Shown piece by piece: positions 1-9,839 of a stretch of DNA of 64,000 bases; position 1 is the first letter of the stretch, and every line of letters begins with the position of its first letter. The notes beneath the pieces are model-generated. The model was not told where the DNA came from, searched no databases, and was given only the letters and a program-made list of their open reading frames with translations. Origin of the DNA: Legionellaceae bacterium (GTDB lineage Bacteria; Pseudomonadota; Gammaproteobacteria; Legionellales; Legionellaceae); contig JAOAUB010000036.1 of NCBI GenBank assembly GCA_030157805.1, positions 2,108-66,107 of the forward strand, in the 5' to 3' direction. The position numbers and the translations under genes were made by a program.

Positions 1-2
1 TC

Positions 3-1724
3 GTGTTGTATCGTAGACTATTTACTTTTGTTAAGCCTTGCTGGCTGATGCTATTGTTGGGCATTGTTGCCAATATTTTTTATAGCGCAATTGATGCGGG
101 TTTAACTTATATGGTTCGCATTTTTTTTGAAAAAGGGTTTATCAATATTGATATTCCATTTGTCAAAATGATTCCTTTGATTTTGTTTCTGGCAGTGACA
201 CTTCGTGGTGTTGTTGGGTCGCTGGGTGGTTATTGCATGACTTGGGTTGCTCGTACGGTAGTGAAAGTACTTCGCCAAGAAATTTTTTCTCATATTGTTA
301 GGTTGCCTGCGGATTATTACGATGAAGCAACATCAGGGAAATTGTTATCGAAAATTCTTTACGATGTGGAGCAAGTTGCGCAAGTGAGTGCAGATGCGTT
401 GACTGATTTTATTCAAAATTTATTTTTGTTGATTGGGTTGCTAACCGTCATGTTTCTTCTTAATTGGCAGCTGTCTCTTACTTTTTTAACAACCATTCCT
501 TTTATTGGTGTTATTGTTAATGCGACGAATAAGCGAGTTCGACGCTTGAGTCATCAAGGTCAACAAGCCATGGGTATGGTCACGGAAGTGGCCAGCGAGG
601 CCATTGAAGGTTATCGAGTGATTCGTATTTTTGGTGGTGAGCAGTACGAGATTGAAAAGTTCAATCAAGCGACTGAGTTATCGCGTATTAATGATATGAA
701 AGTGGCGGTGAGTAAAGCGCTTAATGTTGTCGGCGTGCAGGCTGTGATTGCAGTGGGGATTGCAATTATTATTCTTGCGGCAATCAAATTAGCTGAAATT
801 GTCACAATTTCACCAGGTGCTTTTGTTGCTATCATAGCAGCCATGATTCAATTGCTTAAGCCCTTAAAAGTACTTGCAACCTTAAACTCCGTTTTTCAAC
901 GTGGTTTAGCGGGCGCTGAAAGTATTTTCTCAATGTTAGATCGGCCGCTTGAGGCTGAAGATGGGCGTGTTTTGTCCGGCACTGTTTCTGGTATGATTCA
1001 TTTTGAAGATCTTACGTTTGCCTACCGGCAGGGAAAAACAGTATTGCATGACGTTAGTTTTACAGTTCCTGCGGGAAAAACGGTTGCATTAGTCGGTCAG
1101 TCAGGTAGTGGAAAAACAACGTTATCAACACTGTTGCCACGATTCTATGAGTTACAACAAGGACGGATTACCCTCGATGGAATTGATATTAGCGAGTTAT
1201 CTTTGTCCAGTTTGCGTCGTCAAATAGCGCTTGTTAGTCAACAAGTGACTTTGTTTAATGACACCATGGCAAATAATATTGCTTACGGTTGTTTTGATGT
1301 TAGTCGTGAAAAAATTATTGAAGCAGCTAAACTTGCGTATGCTGATGAATTTATTAGTCGCTTACCGCAGGGTTACGATACACCTATTGGTGAAAACGGG
1401 GTTTTACTTTCTGGAGGGCAACGACAACGTCTTGCGATAGCTCGTGCTATCTTGAAAAACGCCCCTATTTTAATTCTTGATGAAGCGACTTCAGCGCTGG
1501 ACAGTGAGTCAGAGCATTATATTCAAAAGGCGCTCGAAGTGGTTATGAAAAACCGTACGACCTTGGTAATTGCTCATCGTTTGTCCACGATTAAAAGCGC
1601 CGATAAAATTATTGTTTTACATCAAGGTCGACTTGTCGAAGAGGGAACTCATCAATCATTGCTTGAATTAGATGGTTATTATGCCAAACTATGTAACACT
1701 CAAGAATTGGTTAGTGCTGATTAA
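3..1724 (+). CDS. msbA: Lipid A export ABC transporter permease/ATPase MsbA (5' end probably outside the window)
   Basis: A TM-rich N-terminal half is followed by an NBD with Walker A GQSGSGKTT, signature LSGGQRQR and Walker B ILILDEATSALD. The protein aligns with E. coli MsbA from about residue 14, and the ORF reaches the window edge. lpxK lies directly downstream, as in E. coli. Confidence 0.9.
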   Translation: MLYRRLFTFVKPCWLMLLLGIVANIFYSAIDAGLTYMVRIFFEKGFINIDIPFVKMIPLILFLAVTLRGVVGSLGGYCMTWVARTVVKVLRQEIFSHIVRLPADYYDEATSGKLLSKILYDVEQVAQVSADALTDFIQNLFLLIGLLTVMFLLNWQLSLTFLTTIPFIGVIVNATNKRVRRLSHQGQQAMGMVTEVASEAIEGYRVIRIFGGEQYEIEKFNQATELSRINDMKVAVSKALNVVGVQAVIAVGIAIIILAAIKLAEIVTISPGAFVAIIAAMIQLLKPLKVLATLNSVFQRGLAGAESIFSMLDRPLEAEDGRVLSGTVSGMIHFEDLTFAYRQGKTVLHDVSFTVPAGKTVALVGQSGSGKTTLSTLLPRFYELQQGRITLDGIDISELSLSSLRRQIALVSQQVTLFNDTMANNIAYGCFDVSREKIIEAAKLAYADEFISRLPQGYDTPIGENGVLLSGGQRQRLAIARAILKNAPILILDEATSALDSESEHYIQKALEVVMKNRTTLVIAHRLSTIKSADKIIVLHQGRLVEEGTHQSLLELDGYYAKLCNTQELVSAD

Positions 1725-1746
1725 GTCCTACGATGGAAGTTAACAA

Positions 1747-2748
1747 ATGCCGGCCATGTTAGAAGATCTATGGTATAAAAAAAATTATTTATGTTGGATG
1801 CTCGTGCCTTTTTCTTTGATTTATCAAGGGATATGTACTCTTAGGCGAATTATTTTGACACGGTATTTTCAACAACAATTTTCAGTGCCTGTTGTTGTGG
1901 TCGGTAATATCACGGTAGGTGGTGTCGGGAAAACGCCTTTGGTTATTGAGCTGGCAAATTCACTACTTAAAAGAGGTTTACACGTTGGTATTGTGAGTCG
2001 TGGCTATGGCGCAAGGATCCGAACATTCCCTTATTTAGTCAGTCTAGAGAGCCATCCAGCCGAGGTTGGCGATGAGCCCTTATTAATTGCAAAGCGCACT
2101 GATTGTCCGGTCGTCATCGATCCTCATCGATCTCGAGGGGTTCAATTTTTAACCAATAATCAGGGTTGCGATATTATTATTAGTGATGATGGTTTACAAC
2201 ATTATGCAATGGGCCGCGCTATTGAAATTGTGGTTGTTGATGGGTCACGCATGGTTGGTAACGGTTGGTGTTTACCTGCAGGGCCTTTGCGCGAAACCTC
2301 TCAAAGGCTGAAGCACAGTGATTTTATTGTCATTAATGGAACAAAAAAAGATCAAGTATTAGCTTGTTATGGTTTCAAAGAACATGCCATGACATTGCAA
2401 CCGGGGTTTTTAGTTAATTTGGTGACGGGGAAGCCTTATCCTATAGAGTCGATTAGAACATCAGTTGCTGCCGTGGCTGCAATTGGTAATCCATCTCGTT
2501 TTTTTGTAACGTTGAAAGAGCTTGGTTTAGTGGTGCATGAGTACCCATTCCCTGATCACTATTTGTTTCAGCCGAAAGATTTGAATCTTAATGAATCAAT
2601 ACTGATTATGACAGAGAAAGATGCTGTGAAATGTCAGGAATTTGCACGTGAACATTGGTTTTATTTACCTGTTGAGGCTAGATTGTCGGAAGATTTTTGG
2701 CAGTCATTTTATTCCCATCCGCAATTAGAAAGGTTATTGCATTTATGA
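1747..2748 (+). CDS. lpxK: Tetraacyldisaccharide 4'-kinase
   Basis: The P-loop VVVVGNITVGGVGKTP and the following VSRGYG motif are characteristic of LpxK. The msbA-lpxK gene order is conserved. Confidence 0.9.
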   Translation: MPAMLEDLWYKKNYLCWMLVPFSLIYQGICTLRRIILTRYFQQQFSVPVVVVGNITVGGVGKTPLVIELANSLLKRGLHVGIVSRGYGARIRTFPYLVSLESHPAEVGDEPLLIAKRTDCPVVIDPHRSRGVQFLTNNQGCDIIISDDGLQHYAMGRAIEIVVVDGSRMVGNGWCLPAGPLRETSQRLKHSDFIVINGTKKDQVLACYGFKEHAMTLQPGFLVNLVTGKPYPIESIRTSVAAVAAIGNPSRFFVTLKELGLVVHEYPFPDHYLFQPKDLNLNESILIMTEKDAVKCQEFAREHWFYLPVEARLSEDFWQSFYSHPQLERLLHL

Positions 2749-3710
2749 TTGTCATCAATTGGTTTTGTTTTAAAATAAATTTAGCTCGGGTTTTAGCGGT
2801 GATGTTGTTAACGAGTTCGTGTTTTTCTGCTGTTTCAAAAATTGAACCCGCACCCATGTTGGTTAATGCTGCTGCTAGACCTTCCTTAGAGTTAGAACAA
2901 GATATTTTTGCTGCACCTCAGGCTGATTGGGTTTTTTCGGGACTGGTGATGAATGAAAGCGGTGAACAGTATCACTATTTTTTTCAAATTCGTCGAAATA
3001 AAGAACGATTTTATGCCGATGCGGTCTTGGTTAATGCGCAAACTAATGCGTTGATTTTATATGAAACGAGCGAAGCTGAGATTAAAAATCAAAATGGTTT
3101 GCAATGGCAGGTGGGTCGCATTTTTCTGCGTTTTAACGCCATTAATAACAGTTGGGTTTTTGGGGTCAAAGAACATGAACATAAAGGTTTTAATTTCAAA
3201 ATAGACATGTTAGGCCAACCGGATGGCGTGGGTACTAAAGAACAAGACTTGCGTTCTGGCCTCGCTTTATTGATTGGACAAACTGGAAATTTGAACGGTC
3301 ATTTGCAAACTGGGAATAATGAAGAATTTGTCACGGCTAAAAAAGCTTGGTTTCGCCAAATGTGGGTAAATAAACCACAGTTGGCTTCGCACCCTTTCAC
3401 CGCTATCCTTTGTGACTTCAATAATGGTCATGGATTTTATGCGGTGAGTTTATCTGGAAACGATGCTTTACGAGGCTCAATGGCGGGGTGGCGTAATGAG
3501 GAAGGAGTTCCTTTGCCGATGTCACAGTTTGTGACTGCACAGATGGAAAAAGACAGAGAATGGCATATTCGCATTCCTTTTCCTAGTTTGATGTTTACTT
3601 TGAAAGATACGCTGCATTCAACACAAGAAAATAGGCATCTTGCGGCCGGACAAATTGATGGAAAATTGCCTGGTTTTTGTGTGATTACACAGTATGAGCT
3701 GGTGCAGTGA
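2745..3710 (+). CDS. Secreted or lipoprotein of unknown function, possibly AttH/CrtC-like lipocalin fold
   Basis: The ATG at 2745 overlaps the lpxK stop (ATGA at 2745-2748). The N-terminus MIVINWFCFKINLARVLAVMLLTSSC looks like a signal peptide with a lipobox-like Cys. The segment DWVFSGLVMNESGEQYHYFFQIRRNK resembles the EWWYxTGxL...GFQxTFFR signature of AttH/CrtC-type proteins. The fold assignment comes from memory of that motif only. Confidence 0.55.
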   Translation: MIVINWFCFKINLARVLAVMLLTSSCFSAVSKIEPAPMLVNAAARPSLELEQDIFAAPQADWVFSGLVMNESGEQYHYFFQIRRNKERFYADAVLVNAQTNALILYETSEAEIKNQNGLQWQVGRIFLRFNAINNSWVFGVKEHEHKGFNFKIDMLGQPDGVGTKEQDLRSGLALLIGQTGNLNGHLQTGNNEEFVTAKKAWFRQMWVNKPQLASHPFTAILCDFNNGHGFYAVSLSGNDALRGSMAGWRNEEGVPLPMSQFVTAQMEKDREWHIRIPFPSLMFTLKDTLHSTQENRHLAAGQIDGKLPGFCVITQYELVQ

Positions 3711-3861
3711 GAGTTTGAGTTGTAATAATTTTTTTTCATGTCGTGTCGGCAAAAAACAGGAAATTTTATTTTTCATAAGGATTTTTTGGTCTAATTAGTG
3801 ATCACATGAGTGTTTTATAGTACAATGTTTGCTTTATTATTCATTTCTTGAAGAGCGTACT

Positions 3862-6800
3862 ATGCCTAGGCCACGAATCTCAACATCATCCACGCAACGT
3901 TATATTGATAGTCCTTTAGCGCAGATTATTAACGCAGCCCGTTTTAAAATTGATGATCTGAAAAAAAAATATCCTCGTGATCATAAAAAAAGTCAGTCAG
4001 CTCAAGAACATGCAATTACTCCTGAATTAATCTATACCCATGAAAAAATTAGTGTGATTGATGATTTTTTAAATAAATTGCATACGTTTTCGGAACAGTT
4101 TGATAATTACAAGACGCCTAAGATTGGCATTTTTATGCTTAAGGATGTGAATAACATTTGGAGTTTAAAAGAAAAATTTCCTACGCGAAAAGCAGTGCTC
4201 CTTCAAGCAATCAAGGAAAAATTACCTGAGCTAATTAAAAAGGCAAAAAAAGAGTCTGAGGACGACGATCAGTTACAACATCATATTCGCGAAGAATTAA
4301 ATAAAGTCAAAGATAAATTAACAGAAAAGCTTGCCGCGATTCCTGGTAAAGATGTCGATGTGCTCTTTGATGAAATTATAAATTGTATTTTAGCCCAGAA
4401 TTATAAGGCTATCGATGTTGATAGCAACGTTCTTAATTCATTAGATCATGAGTTGTTTAAAACTGACCCCTATTACTCCTTCACGATTGCACATCCTATG
4501 GCGCTGGAGTTTGCAGTTTTCATGGCGGAGTTGATGTTGCAACGTCCTGCTCATCTATCGGAATTACTACCTTTTTTAAATCCGGAAGTCTTGAATATTG
4601 ATTTACATTCAGAGTTTGTATTAGGTAATGCCGTGAGAAAAGCATGTGGCGGGTATTCTTACATTGTGCAGCTTGATAAGAGCCAAGCCCCAACCGATTA
4701 CCAGTGCCAATTGTTCACCTATTATAAAGGTCAACAACAAAGTCAAGAAACTCTGACGGGTGCGGCGTATTATGTTAATTATTTTTTGAGCTTTTTTAGT
4801 TTATTAACTGATCAAATACCGTATTATTTTCAAAATCATGCGACAACTAACATTGTTCAAAGTGAACAAGCTCGAATTAAGCTGTTGGAAGAGTTGGTGA
4901 AATGCGAAAGGCAGGCTTTGGGCAACATGATGCTTGATGCACAACAATTTGGGTTTAACGGATTAAGTTCTGAGATGATGGAGAAATTGAGACAAGAGGT
5001 CAACGAATTAAGGACGGTAAGTGATTTAAAAGAAAAATTGGCTCAAATAGATAGCGGCATTCAGAAACTTCATGATTTAAATCAGAAATTATCCCAGCGC
5101 GTTGATTCGTATGAGACGCTGACTATTAATAATTTAGTTGAAAACTACGACGAACTCAAGACGCAATTGGCATTGGATTATCAAAAAAATTTCGATGTGG
5201 CTTATGTTCAAGAGTTTTTACCTGATAATGTCTTAGTGGTTGAAGATAAGTCAGCCACTGCTGTTGCTTGTCTTCCTATTAAATCGGCTCTTATTCAGCA
5301 CGTAAGTTTATGTCAGCAGTTGGTACAAGACTGGTTGGTTTCGATTGTGACGCAACAAGCTTTGATTAGCTATGAGATAGACCAGTTTCAAGAGCTTGAC
5401 TCCGAACAAAATGCAGTGGATTTGTCGTTAATAGGCAATTGTTCTCGAGACACAACTCCTATTCATAGTCCTATGATTGCGCTCATCGAACGAATGACGT
5501 CGACCAGCAGTGATTTGAAGAAAGCTAAAATTCAATCTCAAGAGATTATCCTTGAGATTCAACGCCAATTAAATGTCGATCAGTCTGTGAAATCGGTAGA
5601 TGATTTAACAAAGTTGCTGCGTGAGGTAGAGCAACGGGTTGATAAATTAAGAGATGAAGCACACACCATTTGCAGCCAACATTTGCAAAATGTAGAAAAT
5701 TGGCCATTAGATCTTGCAGAATATAGGTGCTTTTTTCAAAAGCAAAGAGAACAAATGAATATTGATTACTTAAATCAGCAAACACGCCATGATCAACATG
5801 TGCACAAATTGTTAACGCAGCAGATGGCTCTTAATCAAGTTCAACAGCTTCTCTCTCAATTTCAAAAAGAAAAGAAAATTCCTTTTAAAGAAATAGAAAA
5901 AATGCCATTTTTTAAGGATGATGATGCAACGATGCCTCATTTGGGATTTAATAGGCTCTTAGTTTTAGTTGGGTTAGAAGATAAAATTTCAGTTTGGAAC
6001 ATTTATCGTGATCGTCAAGAGAATTTTTGGCGAAGAAATCCATCTGAAGAAGAATTTTCTCAGAGTTTTTCAAGTTTATCGAAAAAGATTGATTCACAGC
6101 TCGAGACGATTACGACGCACCTGCAACAGACCCACGTTCAAAATCTTGCGATTGAAAAGCTTCGTCATGGTTATCAAGATTTTAGTCGGTTAGGTGTTGT
6201 TTTGGATAAGGAATGTCAGATTATTGATCACATCAATAAACATATTGACCAATTTGAGTGTCAAAAAAAATATGATCAGGAAGCCATTTTTGTTCAACAA
6301 CTTATCGAGGTGGCGTCTGAAATGAAATCGGCACAATCCTTTTTTGAGCAATTACAACCGCAGTCTTGTCCTGCTGAGGATCAAATCACGTCATTGATTT
6401 CATTGATTGAACAACTGAATACGCAACAAAGCATGATTGAACAGCTCTCGAATCAGGTGACTTCTCAAGATGTGGACTTAACGTTGAGTCGCGTGCATTT
6501 TGAAGAGCTTTTAGAACACCAACAAACTCTATCGCAAGAGGTTTCGGAGTTAGGTCGTCGCTTGTTGCAACGTTATTATACCTTAACAAAGGATGCGATT
6601 TTGGCCCTAAGATGGAACGAAGAAATAACAACCCACGAACAGAATCAACAGTTCTTAAAAGAGATGGACGCGTTGATTGCACAACAGCCAGCGGTTAAGA
6701 AGCTTCGTGAACTCGTATCATTTACGGATCACGCTGACGCTGATGAGCATATGAATGCTCAAAAAGTGATTTTTTCTGCAGCTAATGATCAATTAGGACG

Positions 6801-7614
6801 GCGCATTGTCGAAAGAGCGAAAAAAGTGGCTAGTTTAAAGAGTCGATGTACCCAAGAGCTCAGTCGTTGTGCCGAGAAAGAGGTGGCTAATAAAAGATTG
6901 ATTAATGAGTTGATTTTTTCCCTTGATCAGTATCAACAAACCGGAAACAGTCAAGCAGTAAGGGATTTAATTAAGCAAGGCGTTTCTTTAGTTGCAAATC
7001 AACACAGGGCGGCAGTCTTTCATAAATCTTGGTGTACCTTGATGGATTTAGACTCCCAAGTCCCGACGGATTATTGTCAGCTCCAGGAGGTTCCTCTCGC
7101 CGCAGTCAGTGATGACAATAGGGACTTATCTGTTTTACCGAAGAGCTGCCATGCTCGAATTATTCGTCTTGATCAATTAATCACGGTGATGCGAAATTAC
7201 GGGCAAATGTTGGCGGCTAAACAGGATCAAGATGGTGCAGCTGTGATAATTTTAGCTGATCAGTTAAAAAAAGAGCTTGATGATTTTGTGACACAGAATA
7301 AACAAATAACTGACGACCAAAGGATCAATCTTTTTCATGAGTTTAAAGATCGTTTTATTCATAGAGTGCATAGTGAAGATGATGTGATGCATCGTCATTA
7401 TAAAGCGTGGAAACCCATCGTTGCTAATCTTGTCATTGCTGTGCTTTCAGTTGGTCTTGCTTTAGGTGTTAAATTTATTTATTCACTCGTTACTAAGGAG
7501 CGTCAAGCTTCACCGTTCTTTTTTAAGAGAACTCAAGCCGAAGAAACAATCGATAGTTTGCAAGAGACGGTTTCTAGTTTAGTTAACGAAGTGAGTCCGA
7601 GATTAATTGCTTAG
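3862..7614 (+). CDS. Very large (about 1250 aa) Gln/Glu/Lys/Leu-rich coiled-coil protein with one C-terminal TM helix; candidate translocated effector
   Basis: An uninterrupted 3.75-kb ORF. The ATG at 3862 is preferred over the TTG at 3829. Long heptad-like Q/E/K/L stretches run through most of the protein. A single hydrophobic helix, IVANLVIAVLSVGLALGV (about 7418-7480), sits 47 aa before the stop. The C-terminal tail is QAEETIDSLQETVSSLVNEVSPRLIA. I recognise no enzymatic motif. Confidence 0.8.
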   Translation: MPRPRISTSSTQRYIDSPLAQIINAARFKIDDLKKKYPRDHKKSQSAQEHAITPELIYTHEKISVIDDFLNKLHTFSEQFDNYKTPKIGIFMLKDVNNIWSLKEKFPTRKAVLLQAIKEKLPELIKKAKKESEDDDQLQHHIREELNKVKDKLTEKLAAIPGKDVDVLFDEIINCILAQNYKAIDVDSNVLNSLDHELFKTDPYYSFTIAHPMALEFAVFMAELMLQRPAHLSELLPFLNPEVLNIDLHSEFVLGNAVRKACGGYSYIVQLDKSQAPTDYQCQLFTYYKGQQQSQETLTGAAYYVNYFLSFFSLLTDQIPYYFQNHATTNIVQSEQARIKLLEELVKCERQALGNMMLDAQQFGFNGLSSEMMEKLRQEVNELRTVSDLKEKLAQIDSGIQKLHDLNQKLSQRVDSYETLTINNLVENYDELKTQLALDYQKNFDVAYVQEFLPDNVLVVEDKSATAVACLPIKSALIQHVSLCQQLVQDWLVSIVTQQALISYEIDQFQELDSEQNAVDLSLIGNCSRDTTPIHSPMIALIERMTSTSSDLKKAKIQSQEIILEIQRQLNVDQSVKSVDDLTKLLREVEQRVDKLRDEAHTICSQHLQNVENWPLDLAEYRCFFQKQREQMNIDYLNQQTRHDQHVHKLLTQQMALNQVQQLLSQFQKEKKIPFKEIEKMPFFKDDDATMPHLGFNRLLVLVGLEDKISVWNIYRDRQENFWRRNPSEEEFSQSFSSLSKKIDSQLETITTHLQQTHVQNLAIEKLRHGYQDFSRLGVVLDKECQIIDHINKHIDQFECQKKYDQEAIFVQQLIEVASEMKSAQSFFEQLQPQSCPAEDQITSLISLIEQLNTQQSMIEQLSNQVTSQDVDLTLSRVHFEELLEHQQTLSQEVSELGRRLLQRYYTLTKDAILALRWNEEITTHEQNQQFLKEMDALIAQQPAVKKLRELVSFTDHADADEHMNAQKVIFSAANDQLGRRIVERAKKVASLKSRCTQELSRCAEKEVANKRLINELIFSLDQYQQTGNSQAVRDLIKQGVSLVANQHRAAVFHKSWCTLMDLDSQVPTDYCQLQEVPLAAVSDDNRDLSVLPKSCHARIIRLDQLITVMRNYGQMLAAKQDQDGAAVIILADQLKKELDDFVTQNKQITDDQRINLFHEFKDRFIHRVHSEDDVMHRHYKAWKPIVANLVIAVLSVGLALGVKFIYSLVTKERQASPFFFKRTQAEETIDSLQETVSSLVNEVSPRLIA

Positions 7615-7639
7615 CTTGATGATGGCAGCAAAATAACAC

Positions 7640-8863
7640 TCAAGCTTTTTTTTCAGGTAAATACAAGGCTAAGATGCTGGATAAGAATAATCCCAAAGGA
7701 ATGATCGTCAATGCATATTGATAATGTTGCAGTGATTGATGGGGTGTTATTGCATCCAGCGCATCAATAAACCGCCCAATAACGGGTTGGATTAATGGAC
7801 TTAATGTGGCCAACGTGTTGGCAAATCCTGTGGCTGTTGATTGCGCGTCGATGGGAGCTATTTCATTGGCAATGGAGTAGGCGACCATGTAACTACCGCA
7901 ACATAAACCAATTAAAAATAATAATAAGCCGCACCAGATGAGATTGTGAATAGGGGTGTAGATTAACACTAAAAGTAATAGTGCTGTAATGATTGATGAG
8001 CCGACCAGCAAGGGTGTTCGTTTTTTAGCCGCGCCTGCAAAATAACCTAGAATTGGACAGCTTAATGCCGCACCTAGAAAAAGCATAGCATCCAATGTGC
8101 TTGCGACGTTGAGACTGCAATGTAATTTGATTTGTAAAAAAGGAACTGCCCACATGGCAGCAAATACAGTGATCATCGTAAAGCCAAGCGCGACAAAAAG
8201 GCCATTAATCCATGAGATAGGATTAGTAATAATTAGCACAAGGTTTTGTAAGGTTGATTGTTGATGAGGCCGAGGGGCAATGCTTTGTATTGGAATAACG
8301 ATCCAACAGCTTATGGCAATGATGAGACCGGCACAACCCGCACCCTCCATAAAAACTCGCCATCCCCAAAGGCTGACAAAATGGCCAAGACTAATCATAC
8401 CTAACATAGTGACTAGAAAGCCTAGTGTTTCGGATAATCCAATCATGAATGTAAATTGTCGTATAGGAAAATGTTGTCGTAATGTTTGTGAAAGACCGAT
8501 AAATGCAAAGGAAGAGCCAGTTCCGATGATAAGACGGGTTATTATTAATTGGGGTACGGTATAGCTATGGGCAAATAAAAAACAACCAACACTGCAGAGA
8601 ATAGCGCTCCATGTTAATAAATTCCGAGTGTTTTTTTTATCAAATAACACACCCACTGGTATTTGTAGGCTAGTATAGACATAATAAAACGAACTACTTA
8701 ATAATCCCGTGATGAAGCCGCTTAATTTCATTTCAGTCATGATACTATAAATGATGACGCCTGAAGATAATTGCAGAAAAAACTGAAACAATACAAAAGA
8801 GACGCTCACGAACCAGATGGTGAGACGGGATGTAGACGATAATGGACTCTTAATCGATGGCAT
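7640..8863 (-). CDS. MFS transporter (paralog of the two MFS genes at 19818-22380)
   Basis: A 407-aa polytopic membrane protein. It shares the YYxYxxxQIPVGxLxD and GxGSxFAFxG motifs with the other two MFS ORFs. It is transcribed divergently from oxyR. Confidence 0.85.
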   Translation of the reverse strand: MPSIKSPLSSTSRLTIWFVSVSFVLFQFFLQLSSGVIIYSIMTEMKLSGFITGLLSSSFYYVYTSLQIPVGVLFDKKNTRNLLTWSAILCSVGCFLFAHSYTVPQLIITRLIIGTGSSFAFIGLSQTLRQHFPIRQFTFMIGLSETLGFLVTMLGMISLGHFVSLWGWRVFMEGAGCAGLIIAISCWIVIPIQSIAPRPHQQSTLQNLVLIITNPISWINGLFVALGFTMITVFAAMWAVPFLQIKLHCSLNVASTLDAMLFLGAALSCPILGYFAGAAKKRTPLLVGSSIITALLLLVLIYTPIHNLIWCGLLLFLIGLCCGSYMVAYSIANEIAPIDAQSTATGFANTLATLSPLIQPVIGRFIDALDAITPHQSLQHYQYALTIIPLGLFLSSILALYLPEKKA

Positions 8864-8933
8864 TGAATGGGGTAGTCAGAATCAAAAGGACTTGACTATA
8901 ACGCGTAAACAAGGATAGAGGCAACTTTTTAAA

Positions 8934-9821
8934 ATGAATTTACGTGATTTACATTATTTTGTCACCTTAGCTCAAGTTGAACATTTTGGTACGGCAGCCA
9001 AGCGTTGCTTTGTGAGTCAGCCGACGATGAGCATGCAGATTAAAAAACTGGAAGAAGAGCTCGGTGTTGAGCTTTTTGAGCGAGATAATAAACGAGTTTT
9101 TATTACGAACATTGGACGGGAGTTACTCGCTCGTGCAACGGATATCTTGGCGAACGTGGCTGAGTTTAAAGAGGCAGCAAGGACGGCTTGTGATCCGATG
9201 CGTGGTATTTTACGTCTTGGTGTGATTCCTACGGTGGCACCTTATTTGTTGCCCTTGGTGTTACCGGCGATTCAACATCAATTTCCCAATTTAAAGATCG
9301 GTTTAATTGAAGAAAAAACAACCACTCTTATTGACCAATTAGCGGCAGGTGGCTTGGATGCTGCTATCATGGCCTCGCCTGTTGCGGGTGATTTTGTTCA
9401 ACGCGATTTGTATGAAGAGCCTTTTTATTTTGCATGCGCTGCAGACGCGCCTATGGCAAAACAATCGTTGATTAAGCTTTCTGCTTTGACAGCCTACCCT
9501 GTGATGCTGTTGGAAGAAGGGCATTGTCTGCGTGAGCAGGCTATGGCGATTTGTCATTTGGTGCAAGCGGAGAATTATGCTGATTTTACCGCGACGAGTC
9601 TTGAAACGTTACGTCTCATGGTTGAGGTCGGTTATGGTGTCACGTTGCTGCCGGCATTGGTTGCGCGTGATGTTAAGGCGACACATTTGTCAGTCATTCC
9701 TTTTGAGAAGCCGTGGCCAACAAGAACAATCGCTCTCTATTGGCGACCTAGTTCGGCGCGTAAGATGTGTTTGAACGCGCTAGCCGACTTAATGACGACG
9801 ATCATTAATCCCTTGCTTTAA
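8934..9821 (+). CDS. oxyR: LysR-family hydrogen peroxide-sensing regulator OxyR
   Basis: The N-terminal HTH (MNLRDLHYFVTLAQVEHFGTAAKRCFVSQPTMSMQIKKLEEELGV) tracks E. coli OxyR. The redox pair is conserved with identical spacing: GHCLREQAMAIC here versus GHCLRDQAMGFC (Cys199/Cys208) in E. coli. The motif SLETLRLMV...LLPAL is also present. Confidence 0.85.
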   Translation: MNLRDLHYFVTLAQVEHFGTAAKRCFVSQPTMSMQIKKLEEELGVELFERDNKRVFITNIGRELLARATDILANVAEFKEAARTACDPMRGILRLGVIPTVAPYLLPLVLPAIQHQFPNLKIGLIEEKTTTLIDQLAAGGLDAAIMASPVAGDFVQRDLYEEPFYFACAADAPMAKQSLIKLSALTAYPVMLLEEGHCLREQAMAICHLVQAENYADFTATSLETLRLMVEVGYGVTLLPALVARDVKATHLSVIPFEKPWPTRTIALYWRPSSARKMCLNALADLMTTIINPLL

Positions 9822-9839
9822 TCTTGAAGGAATAGACCC

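Noticed and set aside
3711-3861. A search for PmrA (tandem TTAATATT-type repeats) or CpxR (GTAAA-N6-GTAAA) boxes upstream of the giant coiled-coil gene.
   Set aside because: I could find neither a tandem repeat nor a GTAAA pair by eye. Only a plausible -10 element (TATAGT or TACAAT near 3815-3826) is visible. No regulatory-site claim is made.
7615-7650. A GCTTGA...TCAAGC stem followed by T8 after the giant gene, as a possible terminator.
   Set aside because: The stem is only 6 bp with a 17-nt loop. The T-run is actually the Lys-Lys codons and stop region of the convergent MFS gene. This is too weak to annotate.
8864-8933. A possible OxyR/LysR autoregulatory site in the MFS/oxyR divergent promoter (CTAT-N15-ATAG).
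   Set aside because: The canonical OxyR site is four ATAG-type elements spaced at 10-bp intervals (ATAG-N7-CTAT-N7-ATAG-N7-CTAT). Only one inverted pair with the wrong spacing is visible, so no site is called.
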